Assembly: GCF_009834535.1 (NCBI RefSeq)
Contig: NC_045707.1
Span: forward strand, 56,360,001-56,424,000
DNA from: Camelus ferus
Lineage: Eukaryota
Direction: 5' to 3'
DNA: 64,000 nt
Shown: positions 13,360 to 25,961 of the stretch, piece by piece
How the letters are laid out: every line of letters starts with the position of its first letter
Position numbering within the stretch: the first letter of the stretch is position 1
Program-made: the position numbers and the translations under genes
The notes under the pieces: generated by a model
What the model saw: only the letters and a program-made list of their open reading frames with translations
Database searches by the model: none
What the model was told of the DNA's origin: nothing

Positions 13360-14460
13360 CTCATCATTTTATTTCCAAATTTTAGATAATTTTTCTTAAG
13401 AGTTGCTCTTTTATGATCATAAGTAATCTCCAAAGATTACGGCTAACCACAAAAATGGCTGGTCTTACTGTGTTTTAATCTCATTATTTACATGCGCTCA
13501 CTGGGAAGTGCTAATTAACACCAGCCTCGTAGAGAATACAGAGTTGAGTATATTAAGGCTAAAAACTAATTTTTGTCTAGAAATTTCATAAGGAATATAG
13601 GATTGGATTTTTAAAACCTTCTTTATTTGCTCTTTTATTTCAAATCTAGAAAAGCAAGCACAAAAGTCTCTTTATACAAGATTTCTTGCACTGTCTATGA
13701 ATTTGGGTGAATTCTCTCTTTGAAATCACCAAAATAGTCTGAGAGCCCTGGCCTACAGGAAGTGACTTTTCTTATCAGTTGTCAGACTGGGATCTTGTAA
13801 TTTGTATTATAGACACCAGTTCAGCTTGCTATGAGGGTTTTGTGTATATTGGTTCCATATGTGAGATCCTGAGACTTACTATCAAGTATAATACTCTATT
13901 AGAACCTTGGCTGCACTATCAATTTGTCAAATATGTTCTGGTAAAAGGAAGGATGGATTTTTATTGAATCTATGAAATAAATGAATTTCATGAATAGTAA
14001 GATTCAATAAAAGCATTTACTTCTGAACTCTAGAGATCAATGAAAATCAGATGTTTTATAAAGGTTTCATTTCATTTTACGAAACCATAGTCTACTAAAT
14101 TGAGGGCTAGAAATAGATTAATAAGAAAGGGGAAAAAATGAAATGTATCCTCATGAATCCATCAGAAAACAGATCTCTAGAAATGTTAAGAGTATGCCAA
14201 AAGAAATAACCACAAGTAAATATGCCTCATTAGTGTATCTGATTATATGTAATTAAATCCTGTTTTTCTGAATCTGTTTCTTGAAAATTTTGCTTCTGAA
14301 TGAAAATGACTCCTGGAAATCATAATCCAGTTCTCCAGGCTCCCTGAAAATTGTCAGAGCAATGTCTACTTAAACACCAAAGGCTTGTAATCATGAGCCT
14401 GTTTCTAGAAAGATTACCTGGTATAGTTCTTTCAACGAGTCTCTGAGACTGACTCCATTT
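13360..14460 (-). mobile_element. ERV1 MER4-group internal (non-coding) fragment
   Basis: Colinear motifs recalled from MER4/MER34/MER57-int: 'atttgggtgaattctctc', 'caggaagtgac', 'gaaccttgg', 'gatttttattgaatctatg'. No LTRs attached. Confidence 0.65.
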
Positions 14461-14619
14461 TTTTTTTTATGCAGTGTATATCAGAGCTCTCAAGAAAATA
14501 TGAAAGGAAAGAAGAAATTATCAGTTGATGATAAAACTGATGAATGGAAGTAGTTAATTTATAGAACAATGAAAAATATCAGCATGCGGAGAGATTACCA
14601 AATAAACCATGAAACTAGA

Positions 14620-16010
14620 TTCCCACTTTTTGATGCTGCAAATGACGAAGAATAGGCATAAGGATGTATGGAATAGCATAGGGCCCAGAAATAGACTCAC
14701 GTACAAATGATTACTTTTCTGTTTTTGTTTTTGCGATGACAAGATAATTCAATGGGGAAAGGATTATTTTTTCAGTAAGTGGTGCTGGACCAATAGGACA
14801 ACCATAAACTTGAAATGGTTCATAGGCCTAAAAAGCTAAAACTATAAAACTTCTAGAGGAAAACAGAATCTCTGTGATCTTGGCTTAGGCAAAGATTACT
14901 CAGGCACAACAACAAAAGCGTGATCAAATAAAGAAAACATCGATAAATTCAACTTCATCAAAATTAAAAATTTTGTTCTTTGGAAGGCATCATTAAGAAA
15001 ACAAAAATACAAGCCACAGACTGGGAGAAAGTATTTGTAGATCACATACCTGATAAAAGACTCATGTCCAGAATACATAGAGAACACCCACAACTTAATA
15101 ATAATAATCAACCCAATTAAAAACGGGGTAAGGATTGGAACAGACACACCACCAGAGAAGACATTTGAATGGCAATAGGCACATAAAAAGATGCCCAGTT
15201 TAGTCTTCAGGAAAATTCAAATTAAAATTACACCTATTAGAATGGCTAAAATCCAAAAGGGAAAATGCCAAGGGTTGAGGATGTGGAGAAACTGGAACCC
15301 TCTGTCAAAAACTGTGAAAGGTCTGAGATTCTACCCAACTTAAAAGCTAACAAATTATTTTGTAAGCATTTTGTAGATGCTGGCAGAAGACACAAGACCC
15401 CTAACTCTGAGACAAAGGACAACTTATTACTTAATAGCAGTAGCCAGAGTATTATTTTACTGCACTGGGTCCCTGAGCCCTAATTACCACAGGGTGAGGG
15501 ACAGGTGGATGCTGCGTGTGCAGTGGGTTTTATCACAGCTGAGGCGCCCTAAGCTTAGGGAATCTGAATCTTCTGAAACTGAATCTTCAAATGTGCTGAC
15601 CTTTGCCCCAGAGGGAGACATTCTCTTTATTAAACTAGATAATAAAAGCGAACATGCTCTTGGCTTTTTCAAGGCTGTTCACTATACAAAGATACTTAAG
15701 AAGAGATAGCCTGAAACAAAAGATCAGTTAATTCCTCTGCTTGCAAAATGTGCAGAAACCTGAAATGCTCATGAAAATTATCTCCTGGTACCCTATAACA
15801 TTACCGGTGAGAATGTAAAATGGTCCAGATATTTCAGAAACATTTGGCAGTTTTTTTAAAGTTAAAGATACATTTACCATTGAATTTGGTGAGCCTATTC
15901 CAAGGTATCTACTTAAAAAGTAAAGAAAATATATGCTTATCCAAAGACTTGGATATAAATGTTTATAGAAGCATTATTACTCAGAAGAGCCTCCAAATTA
16001 TAACTCAATA
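14620..16010 (+). mobile_element. Old L1M ORF2 3' region, interrupted by an LTR at 15303-15790
   Basis: L1 motifs 'caagataattcaatggggaaagga', 'aaaactataaaacttctagagg', 'caagccacagactgggagaaagtatttg' and 'gaggatgtggagaaactggaaccc', resuming after the LTR with 'gagaatgtaaaatggt'. Confidence 0.85.
15303..15790 (-). mobile_element. Ancient ERV1-class solo LTR (MER89/MER90/MER34-like)
   Basis: Discrete insert starting tgtc that splits the L1 at 'gaaccctc|...|ccctataacatt'. Motifs 'gaaaggtctgagatt', 'gatgctggcagaagacacaagac' and 'ctttgccccagagggagaca'. Confidence 0.75.
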
Positions 16011-16198
16011 AAACTGTTTTTTTTTTTAAATCATGGAAACTAAAAAACATACAGTAGTGTGTCTAGAGTTCCAGGTTTTAAATGTTCTTCTAGCTGGCAG
16101 CATAACCATCTTCTCATCTCCTTCAGGCTGCTGGGCTGAGGCGTGCTGCGGGTTCCACCAAAAGCATCAGTACCAGGTTTAAGGCACCTACCCTGTTC

Positions 16199-16370
16199 AT
16201 GGTTCTCAGCCTTCCCTCTGCGTCAGGATCATCTAGAGAGCTTTCAAAACATACTAGCAGAGATGAAGCAATCCTCTATTCCAAGATTTGGATTCAACTA
16301 ACTCGATCACACTATTCTTTTGTTTGTTTGTTTCCCAGTTGATGCTAATGTGCAGCCAAAGTAGAGGAAA
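16199..16370. mobile_element. MER5-like hAT-Charlie MITE (degenerate)
   Basis: 'tggttctcagcctt...atcatctagagagctttcaaaa...ttcccagttgatgctaatgtgcagcc'. Confidence 0.55.
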
Positions 16371-17084
16371 AAGTACTGTACTATTTTTCTAGAATAATTT
16401 TGAAGCTATTTTGAGAGTCAGTATTGCTGGCACCTGTGATCACAGCCAGCCCCCAGTGAAACTGCAAAGCAATTGAGGAGAAGGTTTTCTCTACCTGATC
16501 AGTAAAGCTGTAGTTCACAGCACGAGGCAGGGGTGGGAAGGGGAGGGGTCATTCCTTGGGGAGTTTCCCTAATTACTTCTCGATCTCCTCTCTTATTGAG
16601 GGAGATTTTTCCCATCTAGAGAAATGATATTTTCCAAAACGTTATTCTAGTGTTTGTATGGATTTAGAATTTTATATTTAAAGTTTTAAAATTTTGCCTG
16701 GTATTTACCTTTTGTATACAGAGTTTGAGGTAGATAACATTGTCTAAGTCCTCATTCCCCATTTGATTAAATTGTCATGTCTGTCATTTATTAAATTCCT
16801 AATACACTCTTTTGGAGGCTCTCTCTCTATACTTTTTGTCTTTTCTTGTGCCTGCCTCAAACTGTTTTGATTACCATGATCTTATGATAATATTCTTTCA
16901 ATACTCACTTCTTATGACATTGTACTGTAATTTTTTAAATCTGAAAGAGGATCAAGATGCTTATTTTTACTTGAGTTATTATTATACTTGAAGTCATTAT
17001 GTAACATTTAAAGTGTTTCTGGTTTTCTAGGCTAGATTACTGTACAAATATATATGCATCTTTTAAAAGTTAAACAACTCCTTC

Positions 17085-17103
17085 AGGCCAGCAGAGGGAG
17101 CAC
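17085..17103 (+). promoter_or_regulatory. Candidate CTCF-binding site
   Basis: aggCCAGCAGAGGGAGCac differs by one base from the CTCF core CCAGCAGAGGGCGC. It is an isolated GC-rich word in AT-rich, apparently unique DNA. Confidence 0.55.
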
Positions 17104-18034
17104 AAGGTACCGTTTTACTAGTGAAGACTTAAAAATCATTTAAACATGTTCTTGTGCTGATTTAGGGAATAAATTTAAGAATTCAAAATACTTTTTCCAT
17201 AAAATACCTTGATTAATAGAAGTCTGCACCTACATAATCAAAACTTGCCTAAATATTTCTAGGCCCTCCATAAGTCACATAATTTAGAGAAGAACCTAAA
17301 TTTTCTTTTGAATGAGGATAATTTGGGGCATAAACTTACATATATAATGCAGATAAGATAAATTGAAATAATGTATGCAGTATAAGAAATGTAATTCAAA
17401 CTTATTTTTGAAAATCAAACTCAGGAAAAATTCAGAGAGAATGACTAGAAAATAGTTAATAAACATTTGTTATTTTGTCACTTATTTTTGATCACATGAA
17501 CACAGTTTTCTAATACTAGAATGCGCAGGTAAACACATGAAAGTCTTGAGTGACGAATGCTTCTAAACATTTCTGATGTGCTCATTTCTTTGAAGTGCAA
17601 GAAATTAGAAAACACTGCAAGTACAATAATATAAAAGGGGGTGGCCAATGTAGTAGGAACTTATAAACGGGCCAGTTTATATTGGATATTTTGAAAAAGC
17701 TGTGTTATTTCAATGGAAGTTTTTGTCTGCAGGCTGCTGCCCTTTGATATTTATAAATATCAGAATGATGGAGACTACTATGAAGTAAAAATGCTTCACT
17801 GAACCTCTCAGTGGCAGTAATTCAATCAAGCAAAGGTTGCAAAAGCCCTGTGGGCCACTTGTTATGTGATAGCAGAATAGACCTGATTCTGTTGTATCAA
17901 ATATTTTTTAAGCCAGGAAGCTTAGTGTTAAATTTAATGCTCTATCAGAGTAACTGTATTACTCTGGGCTTGGTATATCCATTTCATTTTTGTTCCACAT
18001 TTTGATGTGTTGTCAGTATATATTATGTGCTGCG

Positions 18035-18155
18035 TAAATATATATAAAACACATATAAACATAGTATGTACACAGAATACACATGTACACATAATACATA
18101 TATCACACATATATGTATATACACGTGTACACATAAATATATATATTGTACACAA
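18035..18155. repeat. Degenerate (TA/CA)n low-complexity microsatellite
   Basis: Alternating purine-pyrimidine run 'atatatataaaacacatataaacatagtatgtacac...'. Confidence 0.85.
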
Positions 18156-18740
18156 AACAATAAATTTAAAATGAAATTAAATATTTTTAAAAGTACAATA
18201 TGTTAGAATAATTTAAAGATTTATTTTAAAATAAATATTTCTCAAATATATGTGCTGGTTTTACAGCCATAATTAAATTTTGAAATAAAGATTTAGGATG
18301 GTATATTTTAACTATTATCATTGCTGAATTTTTCACACCTTTTTCAAAATTTGCCAGATATGAGTTTTGAGTTTTGAATTTTGCAAGAAACAAATTTAAC
18401 TACCTTTAAGTTTCTAGTCATCTTATGAAAAATGAAAGTTATATTATTATAAAATATATTCAGATGAAAATACTTTTATAAAACAACTAGAAAAAAATAC
18501 TTGATTATTCATCTTTTCCTGGGGATCAGAAATAATTGAGCATTACCTCAAAGTGAATCATAAAGAAAAAGATGAATATATTTTACTATGAACTGAAAAA
18601 TATGTATGCATGTCAAAATAAACATAATCAAACTTAAAAGGCAAGTTTCAAATAGGAAAAGACATTTGGAACATATATTAAAAATTATAGATCACAGAAT
18701 AACCTTTCCCAATTCAATATTTTAAAAAGGATAAATTTCA

Positions 18741-19707
18741 TGCTGGAGAGGCTGTGGAGAAAAGGGAACCCTCCTACACTGTTGGTAGGAATGTAGTTTG
18801 GTGCAGCTGTTATGGAAAACAGTATGGAGATTTCTCAGAAGACTAAAAACAGACTTACCATATGATCCAGCAATCCCACTCCTGGGCATATATCCAGAGG
18901 GAACCTTAATTCAAAAGGATACATGCACCCCAATTTCCATAGCAGTACTATTTACAATAGCCAAGACATGGAAACAACCTAAATGTCCATCAACAGATGA
19001 CTGGATAAAGAAGTTGTGAGATTATATGGTATAGCACAGGGAAATATAAACAAGATCTTGTGGTCACTCACAGCAAAAAAAAAAAAAAAAAAATGACAAT
19101 CTATATATGTATGTTCATGTATAACTGAAAAATTGTGCTCTACACTGGAATTTGACACAACATTGTAAAATGACTCTAACTCAATTAAAAAAATGTTTAA
19201 AAAAAGAAGTTGTGATATATTCATATAGTGGAATACTACTCAGCCATAAAAAAAGAATAAAATAATGCCATTTGCAGCAACATGGATGGACCCGGAGATC
19301 GTCATTCTAAGTGGAGTAAGCCAGTAAGAGAAAGAAAAATACCATATGATATCATTTATATGTGGAGTCTGAAAAAAAAACCTTATTTACAAAACTGAAA
19401 CAGACTCAGACATAGAAAACAAACTTATGGTTACCAGGGAGGAAGGGGTGTGAAGGGATAAGTTGGAAGTCCATGATTTGCAGATACTAACCACTATATA
19501 CGAAATAGATAAACAAGTTTCTACTGTATAGCACAGGGAACTATATTCAATACCTTGTAGTAACTTATGGTGAAAAAGAATATGAAGATGAATATATGTG
19601 TGTTCATGTATGACTGAAGCATTATACTGTATACCAGAAATTGACACATTGTAAACTGACTGTACTTCAATAAATACATATATATATACAAAAAGTAAAA
19701 TAAAATA
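18741..19707 (+). mobile_element. 5'-truncated lineage-specific L1 (ORF2 C-terminus plus 3' UTR)
   Basis: ORF 18798-19019 ([28 protein letters not shown]...IAKTWKQPKCPSTDDWIKK) is the L1 ORF2 C-terminus. A-rich tail. 17-bp TSD aaaaaggata(a/c)atttca at 18724-18740 / 19708-19724. Confidence 0.95.
19020..19202 (+). mobile_element. Young short L1 3' tail nested in an L1
   Basis: TSD aaagaagttgtga (19007-19019 / 19203-19215). Same family as 4980-5116. Confidence 0.9.
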
Positions 19708-20039
19708 AAAAAGGATACATTTCAAAGTATAGGCATTTCTTTAAAAAAAAAATAAAATGTTACTAGATACATGAAAAAATACATTCTCACCAGAAAATTC
19801 AAATTTGAACAATGAAGATTTGTTTGTTTTTGTCTTTCAACTTGGCAATTAAAAACAATAATATAAAGTGTTGAAATTTAGAGAAGTCATTACCTGTCTG
19901 CATTTGCAGTGGGTGTATAATTTGATGCAATCTTTTAGGCAGATGATATTTATCAAGAGGTTAAAAAAAAAATCCACGCACTTTGATTTGGTGATTCCAT
20001 TGCTAGTAATTTATCCTAAAGATATATTCAGAACTTGGC

Positions 20040-20380
20040 TTTCTACATCGACTTTTCCTTTTGCCTGGAACTCCTGGGATAACTGGCTAACTCCCTTACT
20101 GCCTTCTCATCCATCTTAACTGTTCAATGAGACCTTCCCTAACCAACTTATTTAAACTGGAAATTCTACCCTTCCATACAAAATTTCTATATTTTGCTCT
20201 TTTTAAATTTTCTTTGTACATATAACATCTTCCAACGTCCTCTATAATGTATGTATTTAATCTGTGTGTTGTTCATTGGAAGCTCAATGTTCCTGATGTC
20301 CTGTTCCTCCAATTATCTGGAAGAGTATTTGACATAGGGAAAGTGTTTAATAAATATTTGTCAAATGAATAAATGAATGT
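20040..20380 (+). mobile_element. L2 3' end fragment
   Basis: 'ttttgcctggaactcc...aatgagaccttccctaacc...taataaatatttgtcaaatgaataaatgaatg', the L2 terminal motif. Confidence 0.7.
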
Positions 20381-20483
20381 CAAGGATGCTCATTCCAGGT
20401 TTATTTATGGTAACTAAGGGAAAAAATGGGAATAATTCCTCTCTGTCTGGGAATGATTAAGTAAATCATGGTCTAGCTACATG

Positions 20484-20896
20484 TGTATCAGTTTCCTAGG
20501 GCTGTCGTAACAACTTACCACCAACTGGGTGGTTTAAAACGATACAAATATATTTTCTCACAGTTTTGGAGGCCAAGAGTCTGAAATCAAGGTGTTGGCA
20601 AGAATGGTTCCTTTTGGAGACCTTAGGGAGAATCCGTTCTGTTCTTCCTAACTTGTGGTGGCTGCTGGCAATCCTTGCTGCACTGCTGTGCCTCAATTTC
20701 ACATTACCTGGGTCTCCTCCCCTTCTATTCTCTCATAAAGACACTTGTCATTGAATTTAGGGCTCATCCTAATGCAGGATGATCTCATCTTGAAATCCTT
20801 AAATGCAGCTTCAAAGAACATTTTCCCAAATAAGGTCACATTTATAGAGCTGGGTGGACCTATCTTTTGGGGTGGGGAACCCTTCAACCCACTACA
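20484..20896 (-). mobile_element. MLT1C-like MaLR solo LTR
   Basis: tgtatcagtttcctagggctg...ctcacagttttggaggcc...ccaaataaggtcacatt...caacccactaca. Confidence 0.9.
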
Positions 20897-22499
20897 ATAT
20901 ATCACATTGCTACAGTTCTATTAAAAATCTTAGTTTGGTTACTATTTAAAATCTTGAGTAATGTTCATGATGTAATGTTTAATTAAGACATGTGTATATA
21001 TTTGTATATAGATACATAGCTACACATACACACACATACTAAGTAAATAATCCTAATTTTAATTAAATTTGTGAATTTAAAATATCCAGGAGGAAATATA
21101 CCAAGATGTTAAAGAGTTTAATGCTGGGATTCTGGCTGATAGGAAAACAAGTGGTCCATTTTTCTCTTCAGTTTCCAGATTTTTCCAAAATTTCTACCAA
21201 GAAAATGGATTTTAATTTTTATATTTATAATTATCTTATTAGGATAAAAATAGAAACAGCCCTTATAAATGATTTATTGAGAAAGTAAGAAAAACTAAGT
21301 TTCAAAATGACACCATAATTAATCACCAATTTTATATCTAATGCCATTAGGTTTATTCCCATGAATTTTTTATGTCAATCTGCTCAGGAGGATGTGGAGT
21401 TATCTGTCCCCAAAGATTTTCTACAAAAGATGAGAGACCACTCTGTTGGAAAGCTTAGAAATTCACCTTTCTGAGAACAAGGGAGTAGGGCTAATGAACT
21501 GTAGACTCCCTTGCAATCTGTCTAAACCGTCATGATTTTGCCAGTTTGAGCATATTGTACATTTTATGATTCATCAAACGCATATTAAATAGGAAATTCT
21601 CATCATCTTTTCTTGACTCTTCTTGTTTTGTTTGTTTTTAAAATTTGACACAATCATGCTCACTTTTTTAGATTCTGCCACTTACCCTTATTGTTCATTT
21701 ATTAATTAAACTGGTGTTCATTGAGTGCTCCTACAGTGCCAAGCTGTACACAGGGTGAGTTAGAATTTGGGAGATTATCAGTCCTGAGTCTGGGGACAGG
21801 TGCTCATGCAGGGGGCTTGTGTTTGGGGCTTTCCCCTAGGAACCAGCTGCACAGCACACATACAGGGCCACATCCTCTGAGCACAGCAGGCTTCACAAGA
21901 GGGTCTGACCCAGGCCAGGACAGCACAGGAGCCTTGGAGGAAATTGTTGAGAACAGAATTGTTATAGAGATTCCTGGGTCTTGTCCTCATTTACGTGCAT
22001 CTCAATTGACTGGTGTTGATTTGTAACCTCAGGAGCTTCCCAGATGAAATCACAGGCAAGGAGAGATCCAAGAAAGAGATCATCCCCAATTGGTAGGAGA
22101 GCAGCTTCTTTTTTTTTTAAATTTACTTTTTATTGAAGTAACACTAGTTTAAACATTGTATGAGTTTCATGTGTACAACATTGTATTTCTACTTTTGTAT
22201 ACACTACAACGTACTCACTACCAAAAATTTAGTTTCCATCCGTCACCATACCTATTTCACCCTTCCCACCCTCCCCCCACCCACTGCCCTTCCCCATCTG
22301 GTAACCACTACTCTGGTCTCTGCATCCACGTGTTTGCTTTGGTTTGGTTTGTTCACTGATTTTGTTTGTTTGTTTTTTAGGTTTCACAATGACTGAAATA
22401 ATATGGTATCTGTCTTACCATATGTGACTTACATAACTTAGTAAAGTACCCTCCAGTTCCATCCATATTGTTACAAATGGCAAGATTTCATCTTTTTTT

Positions 22500-22584
22500 T
22501 TAAACATTTTTATTGAGTTATAGTCATCTTACAATGTTGTGTCAAATTCCAGTGTAGAGCACAATTTTTCATTTATACATGAAT
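22500..22584 (-). mobile_element. Ultra-short (~85 bp) young L1 3' tail
   Basis: 16-bp TSD gatttcatcttttttt (22484-22499 / 22585-22600). Same family as the inserts at 4980 and 19020. Confidence 0.9.
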
Positions 22585-22620
22585 GATTTCATCTTTTTTT
22601 AAGTGGCTAAATAGTGCTCT

Positions 22621-22624
<4 letters not shown>

Positions 22625-22666
<42 letters not shown>
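22625..22666. repeat. (TG)21 microsatellite
   Basis: Perfect dinucleotide run. Confidence 0.98.
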
Positions 22667-22669
<3 letters not shown>

Positions 22670-25600
22670 TACATCTTTTCCATTCATCTATTAGTGAGAA
22701 CTGAGGTTGGCAGGCAGCAATTTTAATAAGCAAGGAAATTTACATATCAGGCTTGTCTTGAGTGTCTGCAAGTTGAGTAGATCTCCACACCCACTCACCA
22801 GAATCTTAAAAATTTGTACAGAGGCTTTAACTGGGGTTGGTCACATACATGGTCCACCACATTGCCCTCTCAAGGCTTCACCCTTGAACACTGTTCCCTC
22901 TGTGGGAATGGTGGGTAGAATGTACATTTCAAAAACAAGGGAGCAGGTAGAGAGCCTACAGCTGTCTGGGGCCACGTAGGAGTCAACCAGTGGTCACATC
23001 CTCTCAATAACCTCCTCCAACAACTAGGGTCCTATGTGCAAAAAAACCAAAAAACTGTAGAAGCATATTCTCCAAAGTAACTGGCCATATCCATTAGATA
23101 ATTCTGAGAAGAGGATAAAGACAGAGAAGTTTTTAAAAAATTAGTGAGTTATTCCCTTTTTAGTATCTTAATTCTAATGGTTAAATGATGTTTCATGCAA
23201 TTTGTAATATTTTGACAAGGGATATATTTGTAAGAGATTTTCCTGAGATGGAGAGTACAATAAAGTCAAATATACTTTTAAAAGTGTGCTTTCATGTTTA
23301 TTAATAAAGATGAATTCATTGAAGCAAGGAAGATTTGATTTGCAAATCTTACCTACATTATTGGAGGCATAAATGAAAGCATTTAAAAAATTTGCCAATT
23401 GTTCGGTCCTGCTGTGGACATAAGCCAGTATTAGGCCTTTTAGCACCGACGTGAGCACTTTCATTTTGAATCTTACTCAAAAGATGATACCTCCAGGAAT
23501 TTAGCAACCCTTTTTGTCACTTTGAAAATCTACTAGTGAACCTCTAGGGAAATCTACTGGATTGCATCTTAATTAGCTTTCTAAGTCCATTTCTCCAAAA
23601 GCCATTTAGCACTTCAATGATCCTGGAGAAGCTGCTTGTATCAAATCACTTTTCAGCTGGTAAGATGAACCACTTCCCTTGTCCTGCCCAGGACGCTGAG
23701 CACAACTCTGCTGATGACCCCCGGGGCTGTGGGGAGCCCAAACCTCTGTCCTCCAGTTTGAGTAGGTCAGTCATGTGTGAGGAAAATAAGGATGTCTCTG
23801 CTCATGCTCGCTCTCGAGCTCACTCTCTGGTTCTTCCGTTTATCTTAGATAATATTTGTAAATTTTAAAAGAGAAGGCTAAATTTTAAGATAGAAAATCT
23901 GCATTTGTTGCGGGTAATTTCTGATGGCTTCTGAAAGGGAGACATTCATCTACCAGAAGGAAGAATGACTAAGACCAAGCCTCTGATTTATTTCCAGGCT
24001 CATCTGTTTTCCACAGGTTAGGTTTTTTTTCCCTAGGTTAATTTTAGAAGAAGCATGATTGCTTCCACCCAGGAATGAAGAACAGTGAACCATGTCCTGG
24101 AAAAAACACTCAAGTCAGGGCCATGCCATATTCGTTGTCATAATATCCATCGTGTGCCTGACATATCAAAGAATTTCAATAAAATTTTCTTCAGTGCACT
24201 TACGTCTGTGTTACATAGCCCTGGGCCAGCCCGCTAAGGTCCCTGAGGCTCATTTCCTCCATTTTGTAAAAAGGATATAAAAAAGCTGCTGTTGATCCAT
24301 TTTGAGGAAAAACCAAGCTAATGTTAATATATTTTTAAGCTATGGTTTTGTGTGGAGAAAGAGTTATTACTGTGTACACATAACAAAATTATTTATAAAT
24401 AAACACTGTAATATTGAGGTTATGAGATGAAATTAAAAGAGATTGTTGGAATATCCGATTTATCCAGGGACATCAGTGCATTATATTTCTGCCATTTTAT
24501 GTGATTTAACTTTTCTTCATAGTACTTATGTCACATATTTTTGTTTGTTTTAAAATATCTTTCTAACTAGTTATTAACATTTACTAAAGTAAAGACCTTG
24601 CCTGTCATCTTCCCAGCTGAATCCCAAGCATTTAAAACAATGTCTGGCACCGAGCAGACACTCAACTATTTTTAAAAAAAATCAATACCACCATGTTGCA
24701 GATAGCAACTTACCTCTGGGTCTCTGTCTGCTAATGTTTATGGCTGGACAGTGTTTGTCCTAGCTGAGACTAGAGATTATGAATGATAAGAAAATCACAA
24801 TCATTATAACCTATGTAAATAGAAAAGAAAAATATTGTAAAATACTGTGTGTGGACAAGTATATTTTGCTCCTGAGAATTAGAGGGATTTTACATGAATA
24901 TATAATGATTAAATCACAATCTTATTATAGGCAATATGTGTTCAGGTTACCAAACTTAACCTTTGTGAGAAAAATATCATACTCTTATTTATATTGTATT
25001 TTCTAATAAATAGATTCCAGTATTTGATATTTAAAAAGCATTACTGGTTATCCTACTAAAAGAAAACATTTCTGAATGAAATTTTATAAATATATCATAA
25101 AACCTTATCTTTAATCAGTATATCCAAATATTATTTTGTGTTTATTCAAGCATGCACTAAAGTAGTTGGCATATTTTTGGCAGTTCTGGTCAAATTACTT
25201 CATCTTTTCAGAAATGTTTAAACCAAACTGACAGTTTGGGCAACCTGACAGCCTTTATTCATGATTGTCTAATTTTTTCACAGTATGAATCAAATTATTT
25301 TCTTGATTACGAAGTTGACCAAAGAAGGGCTGTGTCCCATAATTGTTACTTTGCAACTTGAGAATGTATGGAAATATGACAATTGCACTCAAGGTCATAT
25401 ATAGCTGATATGAAATATTCCTGGAAGAATCATGTTAAGAACTTTAGAAACTTTCTCTTTCATAGTCTACTTTTTCTGGTAGAAGTAATTTACATTTCGT
25501 TCTGAATTTGAACATTTTGTTTTTGTTTGCTTGATTTGAACAATCTTTAAAGTTTTGTCTTCCATTTCTGTCTGAATATCATTATACATTCTAATAATTT

Positions 25601-25901
25601 GCTCTCTGAACAACTATGAATTTTATTTTAAAAATATGAATTTTATTTTAATATTTTACATTTTATCTAAGAGTTAATTGATTGTTGAAAATCTCATAGA
25701 TTTTTGTTTGCTTGCTTCTGTTTCAGAAAAAACTTTAAAATTTACAATTTATTTTCACTGAAGTCCACTTAGATTAATGGGATTCAACTTTTTAACTTTG
25801 AGAAAAACATCCAAATTCTTTATACTGTTATCTTCCTTTCTCTAATATTGTGATAGTAATTCTAAATTCAAAATAATTTTCTGTAACAGTATGTTGTATC
25901 C

Positions 25902-25961
25902 ACACATTATAAACTGACTACACTTCAATAAAATATATATACAAAACAAACAAACAAACAC
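25902..25961 (+). mobile_element. ~60-bp L1 3' terminus insertion
   Basis: 'acattataaactgactacacttcaataaa' plus a (CAAA)n tail. 15-bp TSD cagtatgttg(t/a)atcc (25887-25901 / 25962-25976). Confidence 0.85.

Larger units (their letters stand above)
18470..21230 (+). mobile_element. Fragmented ancient L1ME-like 3' region hosting younger insertions
   Basis: Degenerate L1 ORF2/3'UTR-like pieces at about 18470-18720, 19730-20030, 20380-20480 and 20900-21230, split by a younger L1, an L2-like piece and an MLT1. Confidence 0.55.
22107..22692 (-). mobile_element. L1 (L1MA-like) 3' end with internal (TG)21 and a nested younger L1 tail
   Basis: Poly-T, 'tttttattgaagta', 'ctggtaaccactactctg' and 'ttccatccatattgttacaaatggcaagatttcatc'. 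Confidence 0.85.
22014..23022 (-). mobile_element. ERVL-type solo LTR split by an L1 (same family as 30715-31125)
   Basis: 22014-22105 and about 22700-23022 match the reverse complement of 30715-31125. 5-bp TSD actgg/actag. Confidence 0.8.

Noticed and set aside
18798..19019. Host protein-coding gene (also ORFs 41776-41973 and 62926-63249)
   Set aside because: These are fragments of L1 ORF2 within truncated, disrupted elements.
25615..25651. 20-bp tandem duplication (also short duplications near 50635, 55560 and 56130)
   Set aside because: Ordinary slippage duplications with no further structure.
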